This document shows, piece after piece, positions 51,688 through 64,000 of a stretch of DNA of 64,000 nucleotides (positions within the stretch are counted from its first letter, which is position 1; the number at the start of each line of letters is the position of its first letter). The stretch is from Octopus vulgaris. Lineage: Eukaryota. The stretch lies in NCBI GenBank assembly GCA_951406725.2, contig OX597817.1, forward strand, positions 146,258,001 through 146,322,000, read 5' to 3'. The position numbers and the translations under genes are program-made. The notes under the pieces were generated by a model. That model made no database searches and had not been told where the DNA came from. It was given only the letters and a program-made list of their open reading frames with translations.

Positions 51688-52024
51688 TTTCCTTCATTCT
51701 TCAAATTTTCTTCTGTTTCTCGTCGAGTGTTTTCCGTACACCTAGGGCAGAGAAGCTCATTGTATGCATTCCCAGATTACACATGCAAATTCACAGGTAA
51801 AATATGTATTTAAAAAATGAATGAACAAATAAATTCATGAATGGATGTTGTTTTCACAGTGATAATGCTCTTCTCAGTACATGAGCCATTCCAGTTAACA
51901 TGATTTTTTGCACTTCCTGTAGGGATGGTAAGCCTGGTATCATTTTCAAATAGGTTTCAGTACCTTTTTTTATCATTCCTAGAGGTCCTGCAATCACTGG
52001 TACTGTAGTCACCTTGAGATGCCA
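51688..52024 (-). mobile_element. R4/Dong-type non-LTR retrotransposon 3' end embedded in (TAA)n
   Basis: WHLKVTTVPVIAGPLGMIKKG...VQKIMLTGMAHVLRRAL* (52024-51854), typical of the restriction-like endonuclease C-terminus; (ATT)n on both sides. Confidence 0.85.
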
Positions 52025-52061
<37 letters not shown>

Positions 52062-52156
52062 AATTATTATTAAATTCCGCCAAGGTTGACTTTACCTTTC
52101 ATCCTTTAGGGAGTCAATAAAATAAGTACCAGTTGAACACTGGGATCGGTGTAATC

Positions 52157-52245
<89 letters not shown>

Positions 52246-52530
52246 ACCTTAGCACTTGGTCTATAATATAACAAGGAAGAGATACAGTCATTTAGTCAAC
52301 CTGAGTACAGGCAAACCCTGCATATGGTAGTGCTGCTTTCCTGGTAATCTTGTCATAATGTGGATTCCTTAACACGAAATGTATTTTCTTATGACTTTCA
52401 TGTTCATTGACCTCCATGTAGTGGTGGTGGTGGTTTATCTATCTTTATGATGGTGAGAATTCCTTTAATCATCTGAATTACCTGCTCCTGAATTAACAGG
52501 TAAATAGAAGGGCATTCCACAGACATGTGT

Positions 52531-53018
52531 CATCATCATCATTGTTCAACCGTGGTCGAGATAATGGAATTTACTATGTTACGCCAGACTTCACAGTCCA
52601 TCATAGCACTACGGAGGTCCTGTTGCTGGATGCCTGTATCCCTGGAGAGTACATCAGGGTAGGAGAGTGTGTGCCCTCTGGTATCATGAGCAGATGGTTT
52701 CCAGAGGAGAAGAGTAGAAATTACCTCGTTTTCACCTCTACAACAATGTCCAGCAAACTGGACTCTTCTACCCTTCACAAGAGATGATACAGGTGGTAAT
52801 TTCCCATATATTTGTACTTTGGTTGGATGACGCTTCCATGAGATATTTTGAGCTCTCATAAGGAGGTGAGTATAAGTTCCATCCAACTGCCTCTCAAGCT
52901 TCTTTGATAACATCCAGGTTTCTGAGCCATATAGTAGAATTGGTTCGACTGTGGCTTTGAAGATTTTAAGTTTGAAATCTCTACTTAGATTTGATGACCA
53001 GATCTCATGCATATCATT
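52531..53018 (-). mobile_element. 5'-truncated RTE-like LINE of a distinct family with 12-bp TSD
   Basis: ILLYGSETW...RRVQFAGHC open frame running into a (TGA)n tail; ACAGACATGTGT at 52519-52530 and 53019-53030. Confidence 0.9.
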
Positions 53019-53454
53019 ACAGACATGTGTACCCTTGATGTGATTCTCAGACAGAATCTCTGACAAGACTGTAGCTTATGAATTACTTCTACAACCCATC
53101 TGACAGTCTTCTATAGTATTTTTGTCACCTAGTTACACTTATAACCTGACATTTGCCCAAGATGCTATGCAGTGAGATTGAACCGGAATCCTCATGGTTG
53201 CAAAGCAAACATCTTAACTATTCAACTAAACTATGCCTACAACTTCCATGTAGCATGGTAATAAATGGGAAAGAAGCTTCGTGTTATGGGAATTCAACAT
53301 TACACTTCTGTAACACAAACATGCTTGTATGTTACTGGGATTCCTTCAAGCTAATTCAGAAGTCTCTATGTGGCTACTTAACGTGTTAAAAATAACAGCT
53401 AAATTTCCACCAAATAATTGTACTCATTATCTTAAATAAGGAATGTTACATTAT

Positions 53455-53897
53455 GCTAGTCCCACTGAACTGGCTCCCATGCTGGTGGCACGTAAAAAGC
53501 ACCATGTGAGTGTAGTCGATGCCAATGACACCTGACTGGTCTCATGCCGGTGGCATGTAAAAAGCTCCGTTCAAGCATGGTCATTGCCAGTGCTTCTTGA
53601 CTGGCTCCTGTACCAGTGGCACATAAAAAATACCATTTGAGCATGGTTGATGCCAGTACCACCTGCTGGTAGCATGTAAGAAGCAGCCACTACACTCTTG
53701 GAGTGGTTGGCATAAGGAAGGACATCCGGTGTAGAAACCTTGCCAGATCAGATTGAAGCATGGTGCAACCCATGCCAGCATAGAAAGTGGACATTAAATG
53801 TCCAACCCATGTCAGCATGGAAAGTGGACGTTAAATGTCCAACCTATGCCAGCATGGAAAGTGGACATTAAATGATGATGATGATGATGATGATGAT
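53455..53897 (+). mobile_element. RTE 3' UTR fragment with triplicated terminal stem-loop
   Basis: About 37-nt terminus repeated three times before (GAT)n. Confidence 0.88.
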
Positions 53898-54669
53898 GTA
53901 CTCCTAGACACACCCTTAAAATGTTGGCATGGTCACAGTTGGAGTGCCTTTATAAGTTTGGTTAATCAGGCTAAACAATAACAAATGGAACTCTATTTAT
54001 TAACTGCTAAAGTGAAGATGATCTTTGGCGCCTGGAACTCAGAACTCTGAGAATAAAACAAAATGTATTTTCCACAACCAGAAATAAATGTAAGAACAGA
54101 AACTGAGACAGTATAAGCAAATGTACCCAACGCATTTCTGGAGGTGGCCACTATTAAAGCCTCAAGACATATGAACTGAACCAACATAGGGGACTTTACA
54201 TATAACTCAGTCCCACCATCTTGAAAGGGAAAAACATCTTATTTGATTGTTCTTCTCTCAAACTGCAACCCTCAGGAACTCCTTCACTGGCCATCATTTC
54301 TCTCAAATATCAGTAACTAATACAATATACTGAGAGTTTAAATTAAATATTTCTTTCTTAGCTAAATCTATATTTGCCTTTGGAAAGGCATAATAAACAT
54401 TTTCAAAATACAATAGATTCAAAACACAATAAACAAGTAAAATATTTTATTGGAAAATGGAAAAAAATTATTCTCTGTGATGAATGTGAGTGACAAGAAA
54501 AAGAAAAAATTTAAATACTTCTATTCATTTCTCTATATATTTCAAATCTCACTTCTATGCTGATCTAGATAAACAAAAAACAAGGCCTATATGTGGTTAC
54601 TTGATTTTTCTAGAAATAGCAAACAAATCACCCTCAAATCATACCCTCTGTCTTAAAAGGAGAAAGAAA

Positions 54670-54890
54670 TATTGGTTTCAAATTTTGGTACAAGGCCAGC
54701 AATTTCAAGGAAGTGGGTAAGGTGATTACATCAACAACCCCAGTGTTCAACTGGTACTTATTTTATCAACCCTGAAAGGAAGAAAGGCAAAGTCAACTTT
54801 GGTGGAATTTGAACACAGAATATAAAGACAGACGAATGCCATTAATCATTTTGCCTGATGTGCTAACAATTCAGCCAGCTCGTGACCCTA
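54670..54890 (-). mobile_element. SINE family B
   Basis: Reverse-complement family match. Confidence 0.82.
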
Positions 54891-55306
54891 AAAGGGAAAG
54901 AAATATTGAAATAGGCACAGATATGGCTGCATGGTTAAGACGTTTGCTTTTCAAATAGGGAGAAGAGATAGCATGTTCATGGGTCAGAGTGTGAAGTGTG
55001 GAGTGTGTTTGTGAGTGGTCTCACACCACTCAGTCAAGTGACGTTTCTTTCTATGTGGTTGAAGATGTCTGTGTCTATAGCAGCACCATCATCTCAGAAA
55101 TAGGATCTCTGAGATTTGTGAGTTTCACTTGAGTCTTGTAAAGAGTTTGTAGTTGTTTGAGATTGAAGTATTCCTTCACTCTGTAAAAGAAGCCAGTTGC
55201 TGAGATGTAGTATTAGTTATGTCAAAGCTGTGACTTTACTTGGAGAGAATGATAATGAGGTCTAGTATTTGAGGCAACAGTGAAGGTTCTTGTAGCATGA
55301 GGTTCC

Positions 55307-55347
<41 letters not shown>

Positions 55348-55365
55348 TGTTTTAGTATAGGGTTT

Positions 55366-55835
55366 CATCATCATCATCATCATCGTTTAACGTCCGCTTT
55401 CCATGTTAGCATGGGTTGGACAATTTGACTGAGGTCTGGCGAATCAGACTCCAATCTGATCTGGCAGAGTTTCTACAGCTGGATGCCCTTCCTTACACCA
55501 ACCACTCCAAGAGTGTAGTGGGTGCTTTTACATGCCACCAGCATGAGGCCAGTCAGGTGGTACTGGCAACGGCCATGCTCAAATGGTGCTTTTCATGTGC
55601 CACCTGCACAGGAGCAAGTCCAGCGGCACTCGCAACGACCTCACTCAAATGTTTTTTTCACGTGCCACCAGCACAAGTGCTAGTAAGGCGACGCAGGTAA
55701 TGATCATGCTCGAATGGTATTTTTAACGTGCCATCGGCACGAAGACCAGCTTGTTGCTCTGGCAATGATCTCACTCATATGGTACTCTTAGCGCTCCACT
55801 AGCAATAGATGCCAGTCACCGAGTTTGATTTCGAT
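55366..55835 (-). mobile_element. RTE 3' UTR fragment
   Basis: Family match. Confidence 0.9.
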
Positions 55836-56199
55836 ACTGCTCTTATTCATCACGTACAATAATATTCATCTTTCAATTAAAATTTTTACTCACCTGAAAA
55901 TACCTATATACCAATGGCAAATATAGTTTTATATTGGATGGCATCAAAACACATGGGCTTATTAAACACACCCTGATTTCAGCAGTGCATAATCTGGAAA
56001 AAAAAGAGAAAAAAGTGGTTTGAGGGCATTAAAGCATTTGATATAGGTCCAACTTTGCATATAAGATCTGGGGTGAATTTTTGATATTTTTTTTAGAAAA
56101 AGAGTGCATCTTATATGCTATTAAATGATGGTAGACTCACGTATTCTGGAAAGGACAATTCTGCAATTTCTTGCTGAATAACCTGCACAAATGATTTGT

Positions 56200-56470
56200 T
56201 TGCGTGCCGGTGGCACGTAAAAAGCACCAACCAATCGTGGCTGTTGCCAGTCTCCCTTGACACCTGTGCCGGTGACACATAAAAAGCACCCACTACACTC
56301 ACGAAGTGGTTGGCATTAGGAAGGGCATCAAGCTGTAGAAACACTGCCAGATCAGACTGGAGCCTGGTGCAGCCTCCAGGCTTCCCAGATCCCGGTTGAA
56401 CCGTCCAACCCATGCTAGCATGGAAAACGGACGTTAAACGATGATGATGATGAATATGATGATGATGATC
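56200..56470 (+). mobile_element. RTE 3' UTR fragment
   Basis: Family match. Confidence 0.9.
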
Positions 56471-56737
56471 CAATATTTATTCTGTACATTAACTCATCCC
56501 CTCCATCAAATTGATATTGCCTGAACAGGTGCATGGTCTACCACACGTCAGGTGTCAAAGTGATCACAGAGAAATATGAGATGAAGTGTTTTTCACCATA
56601 TAGTCTGGGAATATGAAGCCATGACCCCTACAATTGTTAGCGCAACACCCTACCCACTGGGCCTTGTTCCCTTACATGCTATTAAATGTAGCAACTAAAA
56701 ATAGATAAAACATTTCAAATTTCCTTTTATTTTATTG

Positions 56738-57155
56738 CAGGAGTGGCTGTGTGGTAAATAGCTTGCTTATCAACCACATGGTTCCAGGTTCAGTCCCACT
56801 GCGTGGCACCTTGGGCAAGTGTCTTCTACTATAGCCTCGGGCCGACCAAAGCCTTGTGAGTGGATTTGGTAGACGGAAAATGAAAGAAGCCCATCATATA
56901 TATGTGTGTGTGTGTGTGTTTGTTTGTATGTGCTTGTGTGTCTGTGTTTGTCACCCCAACATCGCTTGACAACCGATGCTGGTGTGTTTACATCCCTGTA
57001 AACTTAGTGCTTCGGCAAAAGAGACCAATAGAATAAGTAAGTACTAGGCTTACAAAAAATAAGTCCTGGGGTCGATTTGCTCGATTAAAGGCGGTGCTCC
57101 AGCATGGCTGCAGTCAAATGACTGAAACAAGTAAAAGAGTAAAAAAGTAAAAGAG
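56738..57155 (+). mobile_element. SINE family A, full length
   Basis: Family match. Confidence 0.92.
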
Positions 57156-57709
57156 ATTGATGTTTGGAGAAAATGATTGACTGAGAAGGAATTCTTGAGG
57201 GTCACAGTTTGAGAGAAGAAAAATCAAGCAGAGTGTTTAGTACTGGATCAAAGGATTGAGTGAGATACTGTTTAAATGATGAAAGAAAGTGAGGAAAAAT
57301 ATCAAACATGTTTGAATGGTACAAAGCAAGACAAGGCAAGCTAAATTCATATTTCCATAGAGTGCTATATTGTTAGGTTATCAGTGGATTGCAACTGGTA
57401 GCCTTAAGTACACTATAAACTTATGAACTAACAAGAGACTCATATGTGATGTCACTCAACCTGCAAGAAGCAGCAGCCAATTTTCCCTCAAATCATATCC
57501 TAGACTCATGCAAAAGGAAATGATCCTGTGATTAATGTAGTCTTACATGCCCTTAAATGACAGGATGGTCATGGTTGGAATCCTTTCGATGGTAGGTCTG
57601 CTCAGTCAGGACTAATCTGAAATTCAACAATAACAACTATAAAGTTTTATTAATTGCTAACAAGAACACAGTATTTCGTTTTGCAACCATAATATACAGC
57701 CAAGTATAT

Positions 57710-58605
57710 CAAAGAAGTGCCAATCTCTAACTGTGGATGGATCTGTGGTAGAGGCAAACCCAAGAAGACATGGGACTAGGTGGTGAAGTATGATCTTCAG
57801 ACTCTGGGCCTCACAGAGGCAATGACTAGTGACCGAGACCTTTGGAGAAATGCTGTGCTTAAGAAGGCCCGTCAAGCCAAGTGAAATTATAGTCGTGGCT
57901 GATGCTGGTGCCACCTGTGTTGATGGCATGTAAAAAGCATTCTTTGTACATTGGGCCTCATGGAGGCAAAGTGGCTGAGCTCCTTTCGAATGTTGGACCT
58001 CATGGAGGCTATAACTGAGAACTTTGGTATTATGTCAAGCCAAGTGAAATTGTAGTCATGGCTGATACTGGTGTTACATAACTGGCACCTGTGTTGGTGA
58101 CATGTAAAAAGCATCTTTTGAGCATTGGACCTCACGGAGGCAAAGTGGCTGAGCTTTTGAGGCCATGACTGAGACCTTTGGCATTATATTGTGCTTGAGA
58201 AGAAGGCCCTTCAAGCCAATTGCAATCGTAGTCATTGCTGATGCTGGTGTCACATACTTGCACCTGTGTTAGTGGCACGTAAAAAGCACCTTTTGAGTGA
58301 TGGGCCTTACAGTGGGAATGACTGAGACCTTTGGCATTATGTTGTGCTTGAGAAGAAGACCAATCAAGCCAAACAAAATCGCAGTTGTGGCAGATACTGG
58401 TGTCATGCAAATGGCACCCATGTCAGTGGCATGTAAAAGCACCCATTACACTCTCGGAGTGGTTGGTATTAGGAAGGACATCCAGCTGTAGAAACCATGC
58501 CAAATCAGACTGGAGTCTGGTGCAGCCTTCCAACTTGCCAGCTCTGGTCAAACCATCCAACCTACACCAGCATGGACAATGGACATTAAATGATGATGAT
58601 GATGA
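57710..58605 (+). mobile_element. RTE 3' end with internal tandem duplications of ORF tail and UTR
   Basis: GRGKPKKTW motif; GACCTTTGG...CAAGCCAA block repeated about 4 times. Confidence 0.85.
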
Positions 58606-59484
58606 AATCAATATTGTACCTTACTTCTGTGTTAGCAGTGCAATGTTGTCATTTTAAAGTTTATCTCAACAGATTTTTAATAGAATTTGAAGAGGTTGAC
58701 AGTGAGTTCAAAGGAAAAGTGGTTATTGGAGGAAAAGTAGAGGAGACAGAGTTGGGAGACAATATGTTAGCATGTTAATGATTGTTGCATAGTACTGTAT
58801 GAAATCTTGTTTATCCTTGAGGTTGTCTCTTATGGACAAAACTGAGAATGTTTGTGTGAGGCAGCCTACCCTCCAGGTCAATATGAACAATATTCTTATT
58901 ATTCTATAATATTATATTTATAATATTATATTCTAATAATATTATATTATTCCTATGTCATATCCTGTATTATAAAACAAAGTGTCAAAGGAAGAGCTGT
59001 AGTACAAAATGGATTGCACAAGTATTATTCCCGGAAATAAAATGTTGTTAGGTCAGATGGCTGGGTCATGGACACAGAATAAATTGGAACAAAGTACCAA
59101 GGTAGCATTTAGATAGATGCCTCGAGGAAAGCAGAAACCTGAAAGGCCAAAGAACACCTGCCATAAAACAATTGAAGGTTAGCTAAGAGGAGTGAATCTT
59201 AAATGGGGAAAGATACACAGTGAGTTGCTAAAAATTGGTTTGAATGGCATCAAATTATCGACATTTTATTTCCTAGAAACGAATTATGATTATGATAATC
59301 ATCATCATCATCATCACCACCATCACCACCATCACCACCACAACCTATGATGCCACCAATGTCACCACAGCTGCTCCTGCTGCTACTGTCGCTGCCACAG
59401 CTGTTGCTGCCATAGTTGCTACCATTATCCCAGCTGCTGCCCCCACAACTATTGCTGCTGCCACTGCTTCCACCACCACTGTTG

Positions 59485-59737
59485 CCCACGTAAAAAGCAA
59501 CCATGCTGGTTCCACATAAAAAACACCCATACTGGTATCACGTAAAATGCACCCATGCTGGTCCCATGTAAAAGCACCCATGCTGGTTTCACATAAAAAA
59601 CATCCATGCTGATCCTTCGTAAAAAGCACCCATGCTGGTGCCACATAACAAACACCCATGCTGGTGCCACCTAAAATACACACCTATGCTGGTGCCACAT
59701 AAAAAGCACCCATGCTGGTGCCATGCAAAATGCATCC
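59485..59737 (+). repeat. 26-bp minisatellite (CCCATGCTGGTGCCACRTAAAAAGCA), about 10 units
   Basis: Direct observation; unit derives from the RTE 3' UTR motif. Confidence 0.9.
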
Positions 59738-59856
59738 AGACTTTGGGAAAAGTATGAATCTGTGGTATCTATGGCTAACAAAGCTTATGTAAGAGAACTC
59801 CATGAAAGCAGATACTTTTTATTCATGTTGGTCTCAGTATTCACAATAAAAATATT

Positions 59857-60069
59857 CTTTTCTACTCTAGGCACAAGACTTGAAATTTTGGGGGAGGGGG
59901 CCAGTCAATTAGACCGACCCCAATATACAACTGGTACTTAATTTATCGACCCTGAAAGGATGAAAAGCAAAGTTGACCTTGGCAAAATTTGAACTCAGAA
60001 CATAAAGACAGATGAAATACCACCAAGCATTTCGCCCAGCGTGCTAACATTTATGCCAGCTTGCCACCT
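59857..60069 (-). mobile_element. SINE family B with 17-bp TSD
   Basis: TTCACAATAAAAATATT at 59840-59856 and 60070-60086. Confidence 0.92.
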
Positions 60070-61469
60070 TTCACAATAAAAATATTACAAATGATGATGA
60101 TGATGATGATGATGATAATGATTATAGACCTTCACATTTTGTCTGAACAACCTCAGCACAAATATTTGTTTCACACCAGTTTATCAAAGAGGAATTAACA
60201 GACAAGCGCCATAAATAACATTTTTCCTTGTAACTTTCGCTTTGTTTCCACACTCTTTTCTTTCGGGCATCATCTATTAGGTTTTTGTTTCCTGCATTTC
60301 TGCATTCCATTATTTCCCATATGCACCAAGCAGATTCAGCCATTTATCATCCATCTTTCAATAAGCACACTGCATTAACTTTGCTATGACTATGGAAAAT
60401 GTTGCATATTCTTCAATCTAAATGCCCTCAAAGTGTCGACTTCTGCTGCAGAATTTGAATATTTTGATAAGGTTTATAGACTCAATGCATTCTGATTTAA
60501 CAGATTTAGAAGTCGCAATTTGAGTCAAGGATGATAGCAATGTGGAACACATGAAAGGAGATGTAGCCAAGCTTTCTTGATTGGAAGCATGCTACTGAGC
60601 CAAAGGGTACTTTAGCTACCCATCAGATGTCCAGTTTTATATCACAGTTGCTTCTTTATGGGAAGACTATGAAAGACTTTGGGAAAAATATAAATCTGTG
60701 GTATCTATGGCTAACAAAGCTTATGTAAAACAACTCCATGAAAGCAGATACTTCTTATCCATTTTTGGTCTCTGTATTCACAATAAAAACATTACAAAGA
60801 AAATAGAGAAGTGAGTGATAATGTTACTGTGTAATTCAAAGTAACTTGTGAGAACACTGAAAGAACTGATATGAAAAAAACATTAATTCCTTCTCTCTCT
60901 CTCTCATTGCATTTTTCCCCCAATATTCATGTTCTTCTTGTATACTTGTTAACAGAAATTGCAATAACAGAATCAATTTCCAGACTTGAAATAGAAAATC
61001 TTTGCATGCTTATTTTTTCTACTTTAAATTTGTTCCATCAAACATTTATTTAATGAATTCATTCCCTGTAGTAAGATTAATTTCAATATTAATGTGATGT
61101 ACAGTAGAGTGCAGCTGAGTCTTTTAATCATATTGCATGTATTCCAGTTAACAATTTTTAGATCTGAATTTCTGATACGAGGGATGACATTATTATATAT
61201 TAATGTGAGGCAGGGAGCTGGCACACCGAGGAAAATGTTTAGCAGCATTTCATCTATCTTTATGTTCTGAGTTCATGTTATTGTTGCATGCTTTAACAAT
61301 TTTTCCAGCCCACTGCTTCACATTGCTGCCTCATCTATCAACCACACCGACCCCAAAAGATTGAAAAGCAAAGTTAACTGTGGCAGAATTTGAACTCAGA
61401 CTGTAGAGAGGTGAAACAAATACTGCAAGAAATTTTATCAGCTGTAACAGTTCTGCTAAGTCGTCGTCG

Positions 61470-61577
61470 TCTTCTTCTTCTTCTTCTTCTTCTTCTTCTT
61501 CTTCTTCCTCTTCCTCTTCTTCTTCTTCTTCTTCTTCTTCTTCTTCTTCTTCTTCTTCTTCTTCTTCTTCTTCTTCA
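61470..61577. repeat. (TTC)n microsatellite next to a minus-strand RTE tail (61575-61860)
   Basis: Direct observation. Confidence 0.93.
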
Positions 61578-62097
61578 TGATGATGATGATGATGATATCC
61601 ATTTTCCATACTGGCATGGGTTGGATGGTTTGACAGCAGCTGGCAAATCAGAAGACTGTTACCAAGCTCTACTGTCTGCTTTTGGCATGGCTTCTATGGC
61701 TGGATGCCCTTCTTAACATCAACAGCTTTACAGAGTGTACAGGGTGCTTTTACCTAGCACCAGCAGTAGTGAGGTCACCAAGTTACTTGCAAGACAAGAC
61801 CCCTCAATTGAGGTGGGGGGTAGTATTGATGGGCAGAAATAGGTGTCTTGCAGTAGTCTCTCTCACCTGAGGGAGTGGAGAGAGAAAGAAAGAAAGACAA
61901 GATGGTGAAGATGTGGTGGGGATGGGGTAGGGGCCATACACCCAAGTTACAGTGAGGTGTATACAGTGGTGTGCGTGGGTGGGAGAAGAAGGAGGTGTTG
62001 GGGGGAAGATGGTTTGTGGAGTAGAGGTTTGTTAAGGACAGATTGTATGTAGAGTGGTGGTGGTCAGGGACAGATTCTGCACACCACCACCACCACC

Positions 62098-62131
<34 letters not shown>

Positions 62132-62636
62132 TCGCAACAATCATCATCACCATTGTTGAATTAACGTTCATTTTTCCATGTTTGCAGGGGCCAGACAGAT
62201 TTTGTTGGGGCAGGTTTTCCTGTCACTAACCCTCACTTGTTTCCAAGCAAGGTGATGCTTCCCCATGGCCAGAAATGTCTTTACAAAATACTGGAAACAA
62301 AGGACTTCACTTGTATGATGGTGATACTCATTTATAACTACCTCATACTATCAAGACAAGGAAACACAAGCGTACATACATACACACATGATGAGGTTTC
62401 TTTCAGTTTCCATCTACCAAATCTGCTCACAAATCTTTGATCAGCTTGGGGGCTATTGTAGAAAATACCCAAGGTGCTATGCCGTGAGATTGAAACCAGA
62501 ACTTAGGAGGCAAACTTCTTAACCACACAGCCATGCTTATGCCTCAGTGTAATAATAATAATTCTAGTTAGCATAGAACAGAGAGAAGGGGTCAGGGTTG
62601 ACAGAAACAGTAGAATACCAAAATAATACCCTATGA

Positions 62637-62862
62637 TATTGGTTTCAAATTTTGGCACAAGGCCAGCAATTCCAGGGGTGGGAGTAAGTCAATTATATCG
62701 ACCCCAGTTTTCAACTGGTATTTATTTCATTGACCCCAAAAGGATGAAAGGCAAAGTTGACCTTAAGAGAATCTAAACTCGGAATGTTAATTTGGAAGAA
62801 ATGCCACTAAGTGTTTTTTTTTTTTTTGGTGCAGTTCCAACTCTGCCAGCTTCACTGCTTTC
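62637..62862 (-). mobile_element. SINE family B
   Basis: Family match. Confidence 0.8.
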
Positions 62863-63239
62863 ATAATACCCTATAATATTAAATTTCATCTTTCTTCATT
62901 ATGAGTAGAAATGCTGTCTTCACTCACAGACACAGTTGATAAAACAAGTACTAAGCACACTAACTGGGATTTAAGTCAATCAGCTATGCCTCTCCTCTAT
63001 AATTTTGTAACCTTGAGAAAAGAAATCAATAATAATTCATGGATTTAACATATATTTTTAGTAATACTTTTTACTGCTACTTGAAGCTGCTGTATTTTTT
63101 CTTTAGAGCAGAAATTTCCAGACATTTTTAATCCACCTCTTCATTTCATCCCCAGTTTTAATCTGTTACTTTTCTGTGATACATAGGATATCTTTGTTAC
63201 ACCTTTACCTGTCCTTATGAAAGAAAAGCTTTATATTAT

Positions 63240-63690
63240 TTGTCGCCTTACTGGCACTTGTGCCTGAGCTAGTTGGGTGCCTGGCACTTGTGCCCGTGCA
63301 TGTAGGGTGCTAAGAGCACCATCTGAGCATGATCATTGCCAGAGCAGCCAGCTGGCTTCCAAGCTGGTGGCACGTAAAAGGGCACCATTTGAGCGTGATC
63401 GTTACCAACGTCGCCTTACCGACACCTGTGCCGGTGGCATGTGTAAAAAGATTCGAGTGAGGTCATTGCCAGTACCGCCCGACTGGCTCCCGTGCCGGTG
63501 GCACGTAAAAAGCACCCACTACACTCTCAGAGTGGTTGGCGTTAGGAAGGGCATCCAGCTGCAGAAACTCTGCCAGATCAAGATTGGAGCCTGGTGCAGC
63601 CATCTGGTTCGCCAGCCCTCAGTCAAAATCGTCCAACCCATGCTAGCATGGAAAGCGGATGTTAGACAATAATGATGATGATGATGATGA
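63240..63690 (+). mobile_element. RTE 3' UTR fragment
   Basis: Family match. Confidence 0.9.
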
Positions 63691-64000
63691 ACGTATGAGC
63701 CAAATGTAACTAAAGTCTCAAAAAAAAAGCATGGATATTTGGGACAAACTTATAAAGATGCTTTCGAAAAGCAATGGGTTACCTATTCTACAACGTCACC
63801 TAGAAGAGAGGGTTCCATGACACTATAGAACAGTGGTTCCCAAAGAGGGCAGTATTCCCCATCCCCAGGGGTGGGTGGAAAGTTCCAAGGAAGCATTGAA
63901 GAAAAGTGGAGTGATAACGGGGTAGCGATTCATGTAAAAAGTGGGGCAATAATGGGGTACTCTCTCTCTCTTTTACCTGTTTCAGTCATTTGACTGTGGC

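Noticed and set aside
61331-61609. Poly-Glu/His ORF
   Set aside because: (GAA)n and (CAT)n repeats plus SINE sequence

Overview
AT-rich, repeat-saturated eukaryotic non-coding DNA. The SINE/LINE families present point to a coleoid cephalopod, most likely Octopus (inference). No host protein-coding gene is confidently identifiable. Main contents: about 35 tRNA-derived SINE copies (at least 3 families); about 22 5'-truncated 3' ends of one RTE-clade LINE; one young RTE copy with an open RT ORF containing a PHD-like finger; other decayed RTE, R4/Dong and Gypsy fragments; three mariner relics; several MITEs (hAT, piggyBac, foldback); a small Helitron; Penelope-like mini-elements; and many microsatellites. 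A CpG-retaining, insertion-poor island at about 14.1-20.4 kb looks promoter-like. The most interesting signals are RNA-structural. First, a tandem array of covarying compact H-type pseudoknots in the RTE 3' UTR. Second, (TA)n-associated Penelope-like mini-elements carrying minimal hammerhead motifs with a family-wide A6U core change. Only representative repeat copies are listed, and boundaries without a stated TSD/TIR are approximate.
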